A stretch of 63,891 nt of DNA, filler included, from Reticulomyxa filosa (lineage: Eukaryota; Protista; Foraminifera), in assembly GCA_000512085.1 (NCBI GenBank). It is 21 parts of 21 records of this genome, joined end to end, with 100 filler letters (N's around TTAATTAATTAA, not from the genome) between each part and the next. Parts side by side here need not be neighbours in the genome. Positions count along the whole stretch, not along the records: positions 20,233 to 23,585 come from ASPP01004624.1; positions 23,686 to 31,795 come from ASPP01008831.1; positions 31,896 to 34,513 come from ASPP01034279.1; 18 more parts are not named here. One strand, 5' to 3'. The translations under genes were made by a program, and so were the position numbers. The notes beneath the pieces are model-generated. The model was given only the letters and a program-made list of their open reading frames with translations, did not search any database and had not been told where the DNA came from. Of the stretch, positions 20,133 through 34,220 are shown in pieces. Every line of letters begins with the position of its first letter. Within the stretch, counting starts at the first letter, position 1.

Positions 20133-23100
20133 NNNNNNNNNNNNNNNNNNNNNNNNNNNNNNNNNNNNNNNNNNNNTTAATTAATTAANNNNNNNNNNNN
20201 NNNNNNNNNNNNNNNNNNNNNNNNNNNNNNNNAAAAAGTACTTTTTTCTAAAAAAAAATTTCCAAAAGTCTGAAATGGGGGGGATGTTGTTCAAATTTTT
20301 TTATGTTGATTTTTTTAATGCTTCTTTTTGGGCAACAAAAAATACCTCTGCAGTGGCCTTTGCTAACATAAAACAAAAGAGAAATAGTGTTAGAAGCAAA
20401 TCATGGAAGTAAATAGTCGAATGACGACGTTAGGGAAGTCAACTAAGCGACAAAAGAAGCAAAGACAGAACGGAACGAAGAACAATAACTCAACCATTGA
20501 GCCAACCGTCAAAAAATAGTATAGTGATTTTTTGTCAAGCACGTGGGTCATGTTGTCAAGCACAAGACTGGACAATTGGAAAAATCTTGACAGAAAGAAG
20601 ATATTTATCACCGAGAAGGAAATTGTACGAACATGAAAAATTATCCTATGTTGCTTTGGATAATGATGAATTGAAGAAAGCTGATACCTCCAGCGAACTG
20701 GAAAACAAAACTACGAATTATCTGGTTGCCAAGTTATCACTGCTGGTGCTGAAAGATTCCGACGCACAAAAGTTTTGTTCGAACAAAACTTGATTAGATT
20801 GGAAACATCGATTACGAAAGGAAGCCACAAAAAAAGGGGGTATGTTCTTAAAAAGAGAGAAATTGCAAATGAATTTATAATAAATTTTTTTTTCAAAATA
20901 ATTGAATTATTTCAAATCATAAAAATTTTTCCAAGTACAAACAAGTACACCCAAAACAACACAACAAAAAAAAAGACTGGAATGGCATGACAACTGGAAA
21001 CAATATCAAATCAACGATCATTGATACCAAATCGATACTATTTAAACACGACATTATGACAATCAATCGATGTGAACATTTGCAAATATGTTTTAATGAA
21101 GATAAATAAAAAGATAGGCGAAGACGAACATGCAACATCGGAAGATAGCATACTTTGGCGACCGTTTGCAAGTTGATTATTATGGAGGGAATTGAAGTTT
21201 ACAACATAACACAGTTGTATCTTCACTCCTCCAATATAAGACTATTAGTAGACCTATGGGATGTATCATCCCAAATAGCGCTGCTATCTATTAAAGCAAG
21301 CCACATGGCCGCTCAACAGATAAGTCGCGCGATGTGGAGTCGTTCTGATAATGTCCATACAAGATGGATCCTTTCTTCGCAGGAACAGGCAGCATCATCG
21401 ACTCCTAAGATGCTTTCATAGCATCATTGCAGGTCTACATGCGTGCGATATGACTTGCAGTAATGAGGACCACAACACAAACCGGAAGAAAATATCATTA
21501 CCAAAATCCACAATACCACAATACCATGGAATACCCAGTAAATGACAGCAACCATCATTTCAATAAATAACACACCAAATTCAAACATTAACCAAAAAAG
21601 TTAAGTCAAAAAATTATACAAAGTGACAATTTGCAACAAGTGCACTTGGATAAAAGTATCTTAAAAAAAATACGTGGACTTTTAAAAAATACGAATAAAA
21701 ATATCAAATCAATGCAAAGGTTGATAAAAAAAAAATAACACGTGAACAAAAAAAAAAATTGCCAAGGGAGCACAGGGACAATTGGAGAATAATCAACCAT
21801 TTGGATGCAATACCAGTCTATGAAAAAAAAGACAAAACATTCACAACGTATAATAGAGATAGAAATAAATTGTTACCAGATTATAAAGTACAAACCTCTG
21901 GAACAAGCGAATAGCATAATAACGGCCGCTGTCAGTCGTGGAAATAATTCAAGGTGTTTGTAGTTACTCTAACTGCGTCTCTACTCATCTATTGCCCACA
22001 GTCATACTGTCGCCACAGAAGAAGAGACGCTGTCATATCCATTACAAATGGATACTGCTGCCTGTCCTGCGATATAAACGCACGATGATGTATATCTAAC
22101 CCTTCAACGACAAATCGTAGTCGTTGATGTGGTCTAGGGCTTCCTTGACTATCATCGGCACACCTTTGGCACGCGATGCATTGGAGCTTGTTGCAAAAAG
22201 TCTCTATTGCGCCAGTGAAAAGATCAATACAACAACGACTGGCACAGACGCTGCAACAAACTTGAACTCTATAATCAACACGAATACTGCAACAACGAAT
22301 AACAATTATAAATCCAGAATACTATCTTGAAACAAACGAATTTTCTTTTTTTTGGATGTGCAAGATTGGAGCATTAACTTTGGAGTGTCCCGGCGAAGCG
22401 TGCGAAATATGCAAAGCACAAATCAGAAACTCTAAAATAATGTATCTTTGCTCTTGACTAATAGTGGCTTCATTTTGTCATTACGTCATTAAAGCTTTGC
22501 TCACTTTTCCAAAAATTAAAAAAATAGATTGCAATTGTTAAACAAATAAAAACTTTTGTGTGTTGTCTTTGAGTGATGAATTTTGAAATGCATAATAAAT
22601 GTCTGCACAAAGAGAAAAAAAACTAAACAAACATTGTTTCCAATTCTTTTTTTAAGGCAAAAAAAAAGAGTCTGCTGCTACACTTGTATACTGGTGTAGT
22701 GAACTCGTTATTGGCTTAATTTGTATATCTCATATAAAATTTCACGTAACGTTTCTTTTTGTTTTTTCTTTTGAACGGAAGTATGAGGGAAAAGGAAGTT
22801 TCTCTCCTCCTTCTTTGAGGACTGTGAAGTAATGAGGAAGAACATTGAAGTGACTAACAAACCAAGCTATCGTACAAACTTTATCAAAATAATGTGTACT
22901 CTTTATTTAAAAACTTAAAGCGACAGAACGTGACAACAAAACATTGGAAATCAATTATCAATTCGAGATAAAATGGAACATATTGAATACTTACATTTAA
23001 TTGAGAAGTAGTTCCAGAAAGAACAGAGCTCAAATAAATCCTACAAATCACCACAAAACAGTCGACAAAACGGACAAAGTACATTAACGATCACATATAC

Positions 23101-23685
23101 TTGATAATTAAAATAGGAAGAACTCTCCAAATATGGATGTTTTTGTAAAAATAATTTAAAATTATGTGACAAAGTTAGAAAAATTCCCAAAATTAAGACA
23201 AGTTTACAAACCATCAAATCGTTTCAAGGTTTTTTCGAAACGAATTTTAAATATCGATATTTCTAGTATTGCACATAGTTTAAAAATAGTACTTATTACC
23301 CTGCATCAATATGAATATGATACATTTTAAAATTCAAATTTTACGCAATGTCTTTTCGCTACGACAAAAAAAGTTGAAGGTGAACTTTTTTTCCTTTTTT
23401 AAAGTTGTTTAGCTAACGTCGTTCCTGTACAAGATTGCTAATGGATGGATTAAGTTTGGTTGCAGTGTCCATATCTTTCCTGTCAAGTAAAAGCGATTCT
23501 TTTCTCATCTTTTGTGTTTTTGTTTTTGTTTTGACGAATTAAAAGTTTGGAGCGTAATGAAAACACATAATAAAAAATAATTGAANNNNNNNNNNNNNNN
23601 NNNNNNNNNNNNNNNNNNNNNNNNNNNNNTTAATTAATTAANNNNNNNNNNNNNNNNNNNNNNNNNNNNNNNNNNNNNNNNNNNN

Positions 23686-24045
23686 ATTTGTATTTGCATT
23701 TGCATTTGCATTTGCATTTGCATTTATATTTGTATTTGTGTTCGCATTCGTGTTCATGTTTTCATGCCAATTTCGATTTAGATCGCTCATACTTTTATTT
23801 GTTTTGTAGATGCTGTCATTATGTTGGAACGGAGACAGTGGAACTCTGTTGCCACCAAAATAGTATACTATTCGATCGTCATCTTTGTCGTCGTCATTGT
23901 CATCGCCATCATCCACATCGTCTTTGTCCGAGTTCGTTGACTCGCTCATCAAACTGTGGCGTCGTTGCAACTCACACTGTCTCGTTCTCTCTTTCAATGT
24001 CTGCATATTCGTCTTGCCCACCGATAATCGACTTCCATCCATTTC
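23686..24045 (-). CDS. Exon of a hypothetical Asp/Asn-rich protein ending in an (NA)n repeat
   Basis: Open frame with a D-rich tract and an AATGCA hexamer repeat at the contig break. Confidence 0.4.
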
Positions 24046-24980
24046 CTCTGCTTCTTTTTTTTCGTCAATCTCAACTAGCCATTTGTTTTTTTAATTTCAT
24101 TAAAAAAAAAAAAAAAGTGGATTGATCAGAGATACGTAAGAGGGGGTGGTAGGGGAAAAAAAAAAAGAAGTCAAAAAAAAACACGTATATGTACACATAC
24201 AAATTTGTTGCATCGATATTATTTCATCGATACATAAAAACAAGAGTTTAACTGGACAGAGCTTGCGGATGTGTGTGGATTTCTTTGTTTTTTTGATATT
24301 TTCTTCCTTCCTGTGATTATAAAAAAAACGAAAAAATCACATTTTCTTGTAATACCTTGCTCAAGATTTACAAAACAAGCAATGAAAGAGAAAAGACAAA
24401 ACTGATACTATTGAATGATGACTCAACGTTTCGTGCATTTTTTGTTTGTGTATTGTTGTAATCTGTTTTGTTTGATAAGTTGAGATGACTGAAATTGTGT
24501 GATGTATACTTACTATGGTGATAATTTTACAGTGTCCTCCCTGGTATGTTTGGTCGAAACATCAACAGGTTTGCCTAAGTCTGGCAACGTTTTTGGGAAA
24601 CTTGAAAGACTTGGAGAGTTTATTGCATACAAATTTGCTCCAATTGAAGGCTGTTTTAGGCTTGCCATGAAAAATGTTTCGGCAATGCACTTATTTTTTT
24701 ATAAACTTCTTGTCGTTGGCCCCTTTCCTCGTGTGCACAGCAACTGACAAAAACTGTGCTAGAAGAGCAAAAAAGATTTTTTTTTTTAAGTGTTTTGACA
24801 CATCGCCTGGAACAATGAAAAAAGATCGACGAGCAAATCGACAAAAGAACGTTGATGTGATTGCACAAGTTGAACAATCACAAAAATTGATTTACAGCTT
24901 TTTTGGGAAATGTCCACACAGTTGGAATACAAAAATGATGTTGATATTTTCAGACAGAAGAGGCTAAGCTATGAAAGCAG

Positions 24981-26033
24981 TCATGAGGAATCATGAGCGG
25001 GAGGAATATCACAATATCCGCAAGTCTTTGTGCAAATATCATATTTGAGATGGCATTCAGATCTTTGCGCGGCCCGATCACAAATGACAGGTAATGCTCG
25101 ATCAAAGCAAGGTAAGCTGATATGCTTATTAATTTTGCCATCATGATAATCGTTTCCTTGTGTACATATATAATACATGCATGTGGATATAGTAAGGTAA
25201 TGCTCTATCAAAGCAAAAAAACAAAAAAACTTGAAAAATCTGCGATTTGTTCGGAGTTGAGCTGAGCTTGATCATCCAAAAAAAAGTTGGATTTTCTCTG
25301 GTCATCAACAAAGTCCCAATTGCGTTGAAACGAATTGGGGTCTTCATTATTAGGTGATGAGTCATATCTATATTTATGTGGTTGTTGTTTCATTCTCGAA
25401 GTAAAATGATCCCTTCCATCTTCTCGCCTTGCCACGCCCGTATCATCATCAATAGTATTACCAAGACGATAATCTAGCCATTGTAAAAAAAAAAAAAAAA
25501 AGATTCACCAAAATTAACCACAATAAAAAGAATTTAAAAAAACCAATAAAATTGCATACCTACGTACCTCTCGATTGTCCATGTCCTTCAAAGTTGTCAC
25601 GCTTTGGAAATCGGTCGGACAAATCAGGAGCAATAACCCTATCGTTGTCCCGACGGTCAAATACGTCGCGTTTTGGCATTTCATCTCTGTGCTTCAATCG
25701 ACCTTGATTTATTTTGTCATCATTCCAATTTTGTTGTTTAGAAATTTCCATCCGTTGATTATCCACCCCTTTGGCTCCCTCTTCTCTTCCTCGTTCAACA
25801 TTTGCATTTGCGTAATGCTGCTCGTCTTGGACCTGATTTGCGTCTTTATGTGCTGTGGCTAACTGTTGATCCCAACGACTGCCCTTGTTACTCGGCTCTT
25901 GCAGCTGTCGCGATACCACAGTCGATTTCATTCCTCCAAAGTGCGACATGTAGATTAATAACATCACCACTATGCCCAAAAAACCACATAGCGAACATAC
26001 GTACCATTTACTCGCTTTGCTCTTTGCACTCAT
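24981..26033 (-). CDS. Type II membrane or secreted protein with a C-terminal ShKT domain (3 exons)
   Basis: N-terminal hydrophobic segment WYVCSLCGFLGIVVMLLIYM and a polar stalk. The last exon encodes CFDRALPVICDRAAQRSECHLKYDICTKTCGYC (six Cys, C.KTCG.C signature). Confidence 0.75.
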
Positions 26034-26490
26034 TGACAATAACTTATTGTAGCGGTTTGATGAAACCCCACCACGTCTCCGTATACTTTAATTTGTAGTT
26101 GTTTGGTTTTTATTGTTAGTTCTTGGTTTGGATTTGTTTCCGTCAACACTCACCCCAAGCGAACCATTTTGCACATGTTGCAAAAGAATGAAGCACAATA
26201 TGCACCTGGTTTGAACCAGCCCTGGATTCAAATTCACCTCTAGATCGATTAAATTGGACATCGAAGCTGACTTTTATCTAACTCAAAAAATTCAAAGGAG
26301 TTACCAACAGCCAATAAATAATTTTTTTTTGGTGCTAAATAATCAAAGTTAATATCCTATTAATATTTCTTCTTTTCCTGTTTTTTTTTAAATTGTAAGA
26401 AACTTCAATTACTTGTTAAGAGATCTTTTTCAGCACAAAAAGAGGAAAAAAGAACAAAATTTTGAATCAATTTGTTAACGTAAGAGAACA

Positions 26491-27756
26491 ATGATACCGT
26501 TAAGCGGTAGTACTGAAGCAGGACAAAATTTCATGTTTCCTTGCTATTTCGTTTGTCTATTAATTTTGGTGTTGATACTGGTGGTGCACTTATACAAGAT
26601 CAGTAAGAAGCAAGGGAGAAGTGGTCCCCACAATAATTCAGTTATACAGCAACCATTCCGAACTAGTTCCTGCCAATGGTTAAATTTGCTTGCGTATTCA
26701 CAATTGATCGACATATTTTCTGTGCTTGCTCTCCTGGCCGGCTGTGGATGTCTGTTGGCGAATGTGTTACCGTACCATCAGTTCAAATTGCAAGTTCCAA
26801 CCTGCGATCGCTTTGGTCCTTCAGGGCAAATATTGTATCTTGTGCACAAATGTTTCATTTATGAGTGTTTGATAATCCGTCTACAGTCGTCGTTTGTCGG
26901 AAGCGTTTATACGTATAACGCTAAAATGATGCAGGGATTACACGTTTTGAACGTATCCTTAATAATATTATTTTCTGTAGGCCTGTGTACGGAAATTTCG
27001 GGAAAACATAAATACGAAGTAACCAAAGCAAGCAATGGCGGATACATATGTGTCAATAAAAATTCCTTCTCAATCTCTAGTGTGATTGTTGTTGTTGATG
27101 TGATAATGAATGTGGTGCTGTTGGTACTGTTCGTAAAACCGCTGTATGCGTTATCCAAAAAAAGTAAACCATCAAAAAATGCCAATGCTGCTTTATTCGA
27201 TTATCACCATAACAACACTCATAATAACAACAATGACAAGAATAACAACGACCAAAGTCAAATTGTTTCCGTATCCTTAGGAACACTGCCACCGTTTCCA
27301 CCGGTTACTACTACGACCACGAGTACTGACACAACCACGACTACCACTGATGTTTCTGCAGGAGGACCACTGCCCTGGGTCACCAAACAATCGATTAGTG
27401 AATCAAAGTCACTGCAGCATCGACCGTCTTTTTTTGAACTCACTACCAAAGTAAGCATTTTGACATTGATCATGACGCTAAGTACTCTCTTTTCCATTTT
27501 ATTGCTTGCTTTGCTAAAGTGGACCGTGTTCGTTATGTTCGATGTCGTTATCAACTGTTCTTGTTTGCTGTTAGTGTTCAAACAATATGACCCGATTTAT
27601 CGACTTTTGTGCAAGTGCTGTCTTCATCCTTCCTGCTTTTTGAATAATGCTTCATTCAACCAATCTCGAGTGTCACAAACCACGACTAATACTCCCGTGT
27701 ATCCCTTTAATCTTCGCAAACAGCCGACTACTTCGTCTATTGATGATTTTAGGTGA
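26491..27756 (+). CDS. Intronless 7-transmembrane GPCR-like protein with a long low-complexity third intracellular loop
   Basis: Seven hydrophobic segments, Cys at the start of TM3 and in the second extracellular loop, an N/T-rich loop, and a Cys-rich juxtamembrane tail. Confidence 0.75.
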   Translation: MIPLSGSTEAGQNFMFPCYFVCLLILVLILVVHLYKISKKQGRSGPHNNSVIQQPFRTSSCQWLNLLAYSQLIDIFSVLALLAGCGCLLANVLPYHQFKLQVPTCDRFGPSGQILYLVHKCFIYECLIIRLQSSFVGSVYTYNAKMMQGLHVLNVSLIILFSVGLCTEISGKHKYEVTKASNGGYICVNKNSFSISSVIVVVDVIMNVVLLVLFVKPLYALSKKSKPSKNANAALFDYHHNNTHNNNNDKNNNDQSQIVSVSLGTLPPFPPVTTTTTSTDTTTTTTDVSAGGPLPWVTKQSISESKSLQHRPSFFELTTKVSILTLIMTLSTLFSILLLALLKWTVFVMFDVVINCSCLLLVFKQYDPIYRLLCKCCLHPSCFLNNASFNQSRVSQTTTNTPVYPFNLRKQPTTSSIDDFR

Positions 27757-28268
27757 GGGACACTAAACCTTCGTCACCAATAATTCCGCTTTTTTGTTCT
27801 TTTGTGTCATTTTATTTTTTTCTATGTCACTTATATTTGTCAGATTCTTTCAAAAAAGTCGCTCTGGAATTTTGTTTGGTTTTTGTTTCCATTGTTGACA
27901 TGTTTTCACATCGTTTTTTTTAGATATGTTATATATTGTTCCAAGAATAGCTCCTTGCTAAGGCATAGGGCTTCTTAACACTGAATCACCTTAACTGATT
28001 GAAGGAGAAAATACTGTCTTTTGTTTTGTGATTACCTTAGACCAAAAATTACTTGTAATAAGAAAGGGTATTTGAAGTACAAAATTGACATATTTTAAAC
28101 AGTAAATTTTCGCTGTTCGTCAACAAAGATTGTTGGTTCTATTTCTCTTAAAGAAACAAGATAACGCTGCAGTTAATAACATCATTCGAATTAAAAACAA
28201 AACAAAAAAAGAGGTGTTTTCTTTTGTGCTACTACAAACACAATACAGGAAGGCCAATTCGGACGCTT

Positions 28269-29861
28269 TTACTCTTCTGCTGGTTTGGCAGCTTCTGCAG
28301 GGGCGGCTTCAGGTTTCTTCTTGGCTTCTTTTTTCTTTTTGGCAACTTTGGGTTTGTTGGCAGAAGCCTTGCGTTCTTGTTCTTTCAACAATCTCAAGAG
28401 TCTCGTTTTCTCACGGGTCTTTTTTCTCAACGCATCCACTCGAGGTGGCAAGATTGTCTTTTTGGCGTATCTCGTGCCGACATAGACTTTCTTTTCATTT
28501 TGGTTGTGCTTAGGTTTTGCAATTTTGCTCAATCGAATATCTCGGTCAGTAACCACATCCAACTTGACACCTTTGCCAGGAGGTAATCGAACTGCGGGTT
28601 TGGTGCCCTTGCCTAAAACGAACAAATTTTCTCGACGAGTGGCAAACTCATTTCCGGCTGAGTCTTTTACATGGACGATGTCGAAAGATCCTGGATGTTT
28701 TTCCAACTACAAATATTTGTATATAGTTTTGTTCAAAATTCCAATCTTTGTTTTTAATTACTGATGAAGGCGTTTTTTACTCGTCGTACAAACGCCTTTT
28801 TATTTTATTTAATTTCGCTTTGCAACCAAAAAAAAAAACACAAACTTTTTCCAAAATTCCCACTCGTCCAACGTTGCGTCCACCGATGACCATGACAATG
28901 ACACCAGTTCTCCATTCAAACAAATCCATCATCTTGCCTTTGAAGAAGTCGTACTTGATGGTATCTCCAACTTTTATTCTTGGGTTTGGGTAAGGAATGG
29001 TGCGACCATCGTGAGTGACAACATAAGGGATTCCACGAGCACCAACTGCTTTCTTTACAATTTTGCACAATTTCCACTGTAAACAATACAAACAAACAAG
29101 CATGCAGCACCCTTTGTGTTAATGTAGAGTTTAAAAGCTTCTTTGTTTGTAATGAAATGAGTAATTTGTACACAAATTTTGTCATCTTTTGTTTTTTTTT
29201 ATTATTATTATTGTTGGTTTTGTTATTTGTTTTAACACAAAAACATAACGGTGGCATCTTCGACAGGAATTCTCGACAAATGAAAGCGTCCTTTTGTGTT
29301 ATAAATCAATCGAAAATGCTCTCCAGTACGATTGATGGTGACCACGTCTTGGAAACCGCATGGGTATGTTGTGTCTGTGCGCACTTTGCCATCAACTCGA
29401 ATGTGTCTGGACATCACTATCATCTTCACTTCTCTTCCTTTCCAATTTTTTTGTTTTTTCAAAATGCAATACAATTTTTAAAAAAAGTTAATAGTGATCG
29501 TGCGCCCTCATGCAATTTCGCATTTTTTTTTACTACCCTTCAAATAAGTTATTCTCTTCTTGCAACCCCTTTTTTCCTTTTTGAAGATAATTGCTAACCA
29601 GTGAGAGCGTATTTCAAACGGTTTCTGAGCAGAATAGTGACTGGCAAGCATTCACGCAATTTGTGCGGACCTGGGGAAGGACGTGGTGCCTGTTTGTTAC
29701 AAACATTACAGACATTCATTCCTTCACATCTCTTGTTGTCCGCTGTGTCCTGCTCTTGTTCGGAAATTTAAACTTACCCAGACACCGGACATTTTGTCCA
29801 ATAACCAATGCCTTGGGGCATTGATTCTTTTCAAATGCTGACTTCTTGGGTTCCTGTTCAT
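28269..29861 (-). CDS. RPS4: 40S ribosomal protein eS4 (5 exons) with a C-terminal extension
   Basis: [91 protein letters not shown]. Confidence 0.97.
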
Positions 29862-30599
29862 TTGTTCCTACACTTTGTTTTTGATTGCACAAAGAGGAAT
29901 TTTTTGTTTTGTTTTCTCTCCCAAAGCAAGCTCACTTCTTGCTTTAGTGTCCTTTTTTTTTTTCTCAAGCGTTTAAATAAAAAAACACAATTACTAAAGA
30001 GTGTTTTTAATTTTTCTCGTCAAACATAAACAGTGCTTCCATATGAAAGTAATAGGCAAAAAGCTTTCATTTGAGCACCATTTTCTGAGAAACTAGGAAG
30101 GCACTTTTTCAGAAATTTACTTTAATTTAAAAATTCGCTCAAAGAAACTATCCCATAGTGTTGCCATTACTTTTGGGTTGTATTTTTTTTCTCAACACGC
30201 AATCAATTCCGTTCAATAATAAACATTAAACAGCGGAGCAAAAAAAAGAAAGAGTTAGAGTTGAACGAAGAGGGGGAGAAAGATAAACAAAGAGGAATCA
30301 AAGAAGAGAAACAATCAAAACAAAATGAAATTTCTTTGTATTCCTTTGACGTTTTTGAAATACAAATTAATGGGTTAATTTACTGTTCGTTTTCGTTTCG
30401 CTCAAATAATTATTCAAATGTTGTTATTATTTTGTTTGCAAACATAATTTGTTGTTTTTTTTTTTTGTTGTTTATTTATTTTTTGTTTGAGGAAACACAA
30501 AACAACAAAGACAATAATAATAAAAAATAAAAAAAAAGAACCGATATATGTTGACAGTCAGAAATGAACTTGTAAGCAGAAGAAGGAGTGTTTTTATTT

Positions 30600-31755
30600 T
30601 CATGGGATGGGTGGCATAGGATCATTTCTGTCATTTGTTGACTGAGTGTTTCCATTGGACGATTCGTTTTTGATGAACGAGTCCATAGGACAAGAGCTGA
30701 GCTGAAGCGGAATAGCGGAATGCATCGGCATTTTTTCGTCAAAGGGAGCAGAAGTAAAAAGAGCCTGGGATGAAGAAACAAAAGAATTTCCGTTCTGTCC
30801 GTATATAATATTCGACGTTCCAGTGTTTCCGGGAAACGACATATGACCGGCCATGTGAATGTTTGTCGGTATGAACGTCAAGCCATTGGACAGATGAACA
30901 TCTTGATTGGATTGCTGCAGCATCGAACTAACAAAAAGAGTTGGGTCGAAGTTGAATTTCTCAATATCTCTATTGTCAATGGGGGCTTGTTGTGGGGGTT
31001 GAAGTGGATAAGACGATTGACCTTGAACTGTTCCACTCGGATTATTTAGAGTGTGTTTTTTAAACTTTTTATTTGATGTTCCGACGGGTTGTTGTGACAC
31101 ATTTTTTTCGCAAGTTTGAGATCGATCTTTCGTTTTCAGTTTTGAAGACGATTTCGTTTTTGCTTTGTCAGCATTGTTGGCATTGTTTGCGTGATTGGTA
31201 TTCCTTGCATGGTTTTCATTATTTGCATCGTTTGCATTGTTTTGCAAGAGCGTTTCCATTTCCATTTTCGCCCTTGATCGTTTTTTTCCATTGGCAGAGT
31301 CTTTGATCACATTCGATTTTTTTTGCTTTTTCGCCTTTGGTTTCCTTGCAATAGCTGTTGCTGTTCCAGTCTCGCATACATCCATTGGCTCTGCTTTGGA
31401 TCCCGTCATTTGATGTCTTTCGCAATCGAGATTGTTTTTTTTCAATGCGTCCAACATGCAATTTTGACAAAAATATGACCCCTGAATTTCATAAAATTTT
31501 TATACAAACACTTGCAAAAAAAAAAAAAATAAAAAAAATAAAAAAAATAAAATTGCAAGACAGCCCAACTTCCGGAAGATAAGCCGGTTCTATAGGCTCC
31601 CAACATGTTAAATGCATGCTTTCAGTGCACCACTCGCAAAACGCTAATTCCCACTCGCCAATGGGGTCGTTATATTTGCAAACGCGACATTCGCTAGGGA
31701 CATACGCCGATTCTTTTTTTCCTAAAATCTTTTCCGCTATTTCATAATTTCTTTC
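30600..31755 (-). CDS. PHD-finger protein, C-terminal part
   Basis: The exon at ~31570-31755 encodes CRVC…FCEWCTESMHLTC and splices to GSYFCQNC (C4HC3). A basic low-complexity tail follows (ORF 30600-31457). Confidence 0.8.
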
Positions 31756-31757
31756 CT

Positions 31758-31794
<37 letters not shown>

Positions 31795-32032
31795 GNNNNN
31801 NNNNNNNNNNNNNNNNNNNNNNNNNNNNNNNNNNNNNNNTTAATTAATTAANNNNNNNNNNNNNNNNNNNNNNNNNNNNNNNNNNNNNNNNNNNNAAAAA
31901 AAAAAAAAAAGGGTGTTTTGTGTTCCCCCCCTTTTTTTTCTTGTCACATTAAAGGAAAAAATATGTACGTAACAAACACCTCACAACAGACAGACACAAC
32001 AAATATGTCGACATTTTAGATTTAAAAAATAC

Positions 32033-32359
32033 CTGATGACCATGGATGATACCAATTTGTACTATTTTTTTTTTTTGCTAAATTTAGATCCTTATAAAAA
32101 TCATCTATCACTTGACGATAATTCGGAGCTGCTTTTGTCAAATACTCTCGTATTTGTTTATTTCCAACATTTCCAGTTGCCAATACATGATAGATTTTGC
32201 CAGGTATCTTAATATTTTATTGTTTCCTCTTTTTCAACAACAATATTTCTTTGTTTTTTTTCGTCGTCTTACCAACAAATTTTTAAATTGTTCTGATAAA
32301 TCTCTTGATCTTGTTGGTACATGCAGATCACCCAAAACTAATGCTAATTGTGCTGCCAT
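32033..32359 (-). CDS. VPS29: Retromer subunit VPS29, N-terminal two exons, truncated and possibly decayed
   Basis: MAAQLALVLGDLHVPTRSRDLSEQFKNLL|IPGKIYHVLATGN…IGIIHGHQ. There is a frameshift in a 12-base homopolymer near 32070. Not in the ORF track. Confidence 0.8.
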
Positions 32360-32786
32360 ATCTTCCTAACTATATAATCTACTCAAAAACAAATCAGATT
32401 AGTCACCCCACAACATACGTTCACTTGCAAACAGTGGACTTCCGTGATAAGTTATATTTTGATTTGTAAATGGAATAATCTCAGTAATTTTAATATAACT
32501 GCATTCCAAAAGTATATCATACTTGAACGTAAATTTTTTATTGTATAAATTAATTAAGTACTAATCTTCTGTTTCATCACGCAATATTTCCTTTTGGAAA
32601 GTCTAAAAAATGAATTAATTGAATTTTTTGAAATTTCAAAACCATACAATACGTACGTATGAATTGACCTGTTGTTCAAATATGTTTTGATGTAAAACAT
32701 AAACGGGGAAATCCCGAAGGTTGAAACTAGAAGTTTTGCTTAAGTTGTGTTGTTTTTTTTGTTATTGTTTGTAAATTTAAAAAGAA

Positions 32787-34220
32787 ATGAGAGAAGTTCT
32801 CACAATTGAAGTCGGTCAAGCCGGCATACAATTAGGCAACGCCATTTGGGAACAATACTGTGCAGAGCACGCAATTGACAACGCTGGCAAGAGAAAAGAA
32901 AACTCTGGAAAAGATGACTCTTTTAAGGTCTTCTTTGAAGAGACGGGCAGTGGCCAATTTGTCCCTCGCAACCTTGCAGTTAAGTGCTCCATTTGGCGTT
33001 TCGTTTTTCCGCATACGTATAATGACGAGAAAAATAGGTTGATTTGGAACCAAACGTTATTGATGATGTCAAAAACGGCCCTTTTGCGGCTATGTTCTTC
33101 CACCCTGAGTTTTTGGTCCATGGGAAAGAGGACGCAACAAACAACTTTGCCCGTGGTCATTACACAATCGGTAAACAAATTATCGATAAAGTGAATGACC
33201 GATTGAGAAAACTTGTCGATAACTGCGACAACGTGATGGGCTTTTTTATTGGACACAGTGTTGGCGGAGGCACTGGCTCAGGGTTGGGTGCCTTAATTTT
33301 GGAACGTTTGGCGGTTGATTACAGAAAGAAACCAAAAATTGGCTTTGAAATTTATCCCTCACCAAACTTGTCAACCTGCGTAGTTGAACCTTACAATGCT
33401 TTATTGGCGACGCACTGGTTATTGGACCACACCGAGGTTTCTTTGCTGTTAGATAATGAAGGCCATTTACGGAATTTGCCAAGAAACAATTACGAATTGC
33501 CAAGCCAGATGTAGATAATCTGAATAAATTGATTTCGAAAGTTATCTCCGCCATGACTGCGTCTTTGCGATTTAGCGGTGAAATGAACGTAGACTTAACG
33601 AATTTCAGACGAACTTGGTCCCTTTCCCCCGTTTACACTTTATGACCACTGGCATGAGCCCAATTATTCCAAAAGTTGATGTTTCAACTGCGCCAAACGA
33701 TGTCCAAAAAATCACCGATGATTGCTTTAAGCCAGCAAACTGGTTTGTGAAATACACGGAATTTGATCCCGCTGAAGATAAATACATGGCCATCTCCTTG
33801 AACTATCGTGGTGATATCAAGTCGAAAGAAGCTAACGCAACGGTACAGTGGTTGAAGAGCAACAATAAAGTCGCCTTAGTCGAGTGGTGTCCGACTGGTT
33901 TCAAAATTGGCTTGAATGAAGTACCAGCAGTGACTTTGGAATCCGACGATGTCGGAGCTTTTAGCAAAAACGCGATTATGATCGCAAACAACACGGGCAT
34001 TTCCAGAGTCTTTAGCAAGGCATTGCCCAAAAGTACGATCTGATGTCTCGCAAAGGGCATTTTCCACTGGTACGTAGGAGAAGGTGTGGAAGGAGAATTT
34101 GCTGAAGCCCGTAAAGATTTGGGCTTTTTGGAAAAAGTACTTGGATGTCTTAAGTGAGCAACCAACTGACGATGTTGGAGGTGATAACGATAATGCTGGC
34201 GATGACGCAGGTGACAATTA
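32787..34220 (+). pseudogene. Divergent alpha-tubulin with multiple frameshifts
   Basis: [59 protein letters not shown]. Frame breaks near 33460, 33597, 34020, 34046 and 34137. One intron at ~32978-33038. Confidence 0.8.

Noticed and set aside
20233-23585. Possible decayed transposon or pseudogene remnants
   Set aside because: Only short broken frames, and no motif I can assign with confidence.
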